Below are positions 63,607-64,000 of a DNA stretch of 64,000 nt, piece after piece. The stretch's first letter is position 1. Every line of letters starts with the position of its first letter. The translations under genes were made by a program, and so were the position numbers. The notes beneath the pieces are model-generated. The model was given only the letters and a program-made list of their open reading frames with translations, ran no database searches and was not told the DNA's origin. Source of the stretch: an uncultured Dehalococcoidales bacterium (GTDB lineage Bacteria > Chloroflexota > Dehalococcoidia > Dehalococcoidales > UBA2162); NCBI GenBank assembly GCA_964493985.1, contig CAZBQL010000002.1, positions 2,824 to 66,823 on the forward strand. The letters run 5' to 3'.

Positions 63607-64000
63607 AACGAAAAAATTAACTCAAACTGAACTCGAAAAGATCGATACTATTATCGCGGAACACAAGGAGGAAGAGTGGGGATTGATTCCCTGTCTGCAG
63701 GATATACAGGAACTGCTGGGCTATATTCCTTCACCCGTAATAAAACGCATCGCAGAAGGACTTGGCTTGTTCCCGAGTCAGGTACAGGGAGTGGTCACAT
63801 TCTATGAGCAGCTCTATACCACTCCGAGGGGTAAAAATATCGTCAGGGTATGCAGGGGCACTGCATGTCATGTCCGTGGAGGAAAAACTATCCTGAACCT
63901 TGTTAAGCAGCAGCTCAACCTTGAAGAAGGAGAAACTTCTCCCGACCTTGAATATACACTGGAAACCGTTGCCTGCATAGGTGTATGTGCCCTCGCTCCG
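63599..64000 (+). CDS. Second NuoE-like [2Fe-2S] subunit, 5' part (runs off the window end)
   Basis: This ORF is not in the track because it has no stop in the window. My translation from ATG 63599 (overlapping the upstream stop) is MTETKKLTQTELEKIDTIIAEHKEEEWGLIPCLQDIQELLGYIP...VVTFYEQLYTTPRGKNIVRVCRGTACHVRGG...TLETVACIGVCALAP. That is the NuoE pattern. Confidence 0.8.
   Translation, partial: MTETKKLTQTELEKIDTIIAEHKEEEWGLIPCLQDIQELLGYIPSPVIKRIAEGLGLFPSQVQGVVTFYEQLYTTPRGKNIVRVCRGTACHVRGGKTILNLVKQQLNLEEGETSPDLEYTLETVACIGVCALAP

Noticed and set aside
1-64000. I looked for CRISPR repeats, tRNA/rRNA genes, IS elements or defence-system genes.
   Set aside because: No regularly spaced direct repeats, no cloverleaf-like segments in the intergenic regions, and no transposase, integrase, restriction or abortive-infection-like ORFs were recognised. 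The only exception is the doubtful decayed fragment at 57.4-58.0 kb. A tRNAscan/Infernal run would be needed to be certain about RNAs.

Overview
This 64-kb window looks like chromosomal DNA from an anaerobic bacterium. I cannot assign taxonomy from sequence alone. It is densely coded, with long co-directional operons, and all calls rest on reading the supplied translations and the DNA by eye. I recognised no rRNA, tRNA, CRISPR array or intact transposase.

- **1-17 kb:** a tight 8-gene alpha-glucan/trehalose operon (glgC 3' end, glgE, treS-pep2 fusion, malQ, glgB, treZ, a GH57 protein, treY).
- **17-28.6 kb:** central-carbon and housekeeping genes. These are a PRC-barrel protein, ppsA, an MBL hydrolase, a DUF72 protein, a compact ppdK, a MutY/Nth-like HhH-GPD protein, glgP and a UDG-like protein.
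- **28.8-45.6 kb:** an accessory-looking redox/catabolic island.
  - It holds an orphan AprAB-like flavoprotein plus ferredoxin and an MFS transporter.
  - It holds a gene that the ORF track splits at an in-frame TGA. Read through, this gives a UGSC (UxxC) selenocysteine motif with a downstream SECIS-like hairpin.
  - It also holds three SDRs, an EntE-like aryl-acid adenylating enzyme, a cupin-like protein and a phosphotriesterase-family hydrolase.
  - The last three genes encode a three-subunit molybdenum hydroxylase. Its FAD subunit carries an inserted GltD-like NAD(P)H module.
- **45.9-64 kb:** a Pat-like ACS/GNAT protein, then two successive modules that each pair a two-component system with an NuoE/NuoF/FdhA-type enzyme.
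  - The first FdhA is a Cys-type formate dehydrogenase with an extra C-terminal domain. That domain is also encoded as a stand-alone small ORF upstream.
  - The second FdhA-like protein has all three catalytic residues replaced (Cys/Sec, His and Arg become Tyr, Asn and Gln).

The split selenoprotein gene and the island around it are my best candidates for something undescribed.
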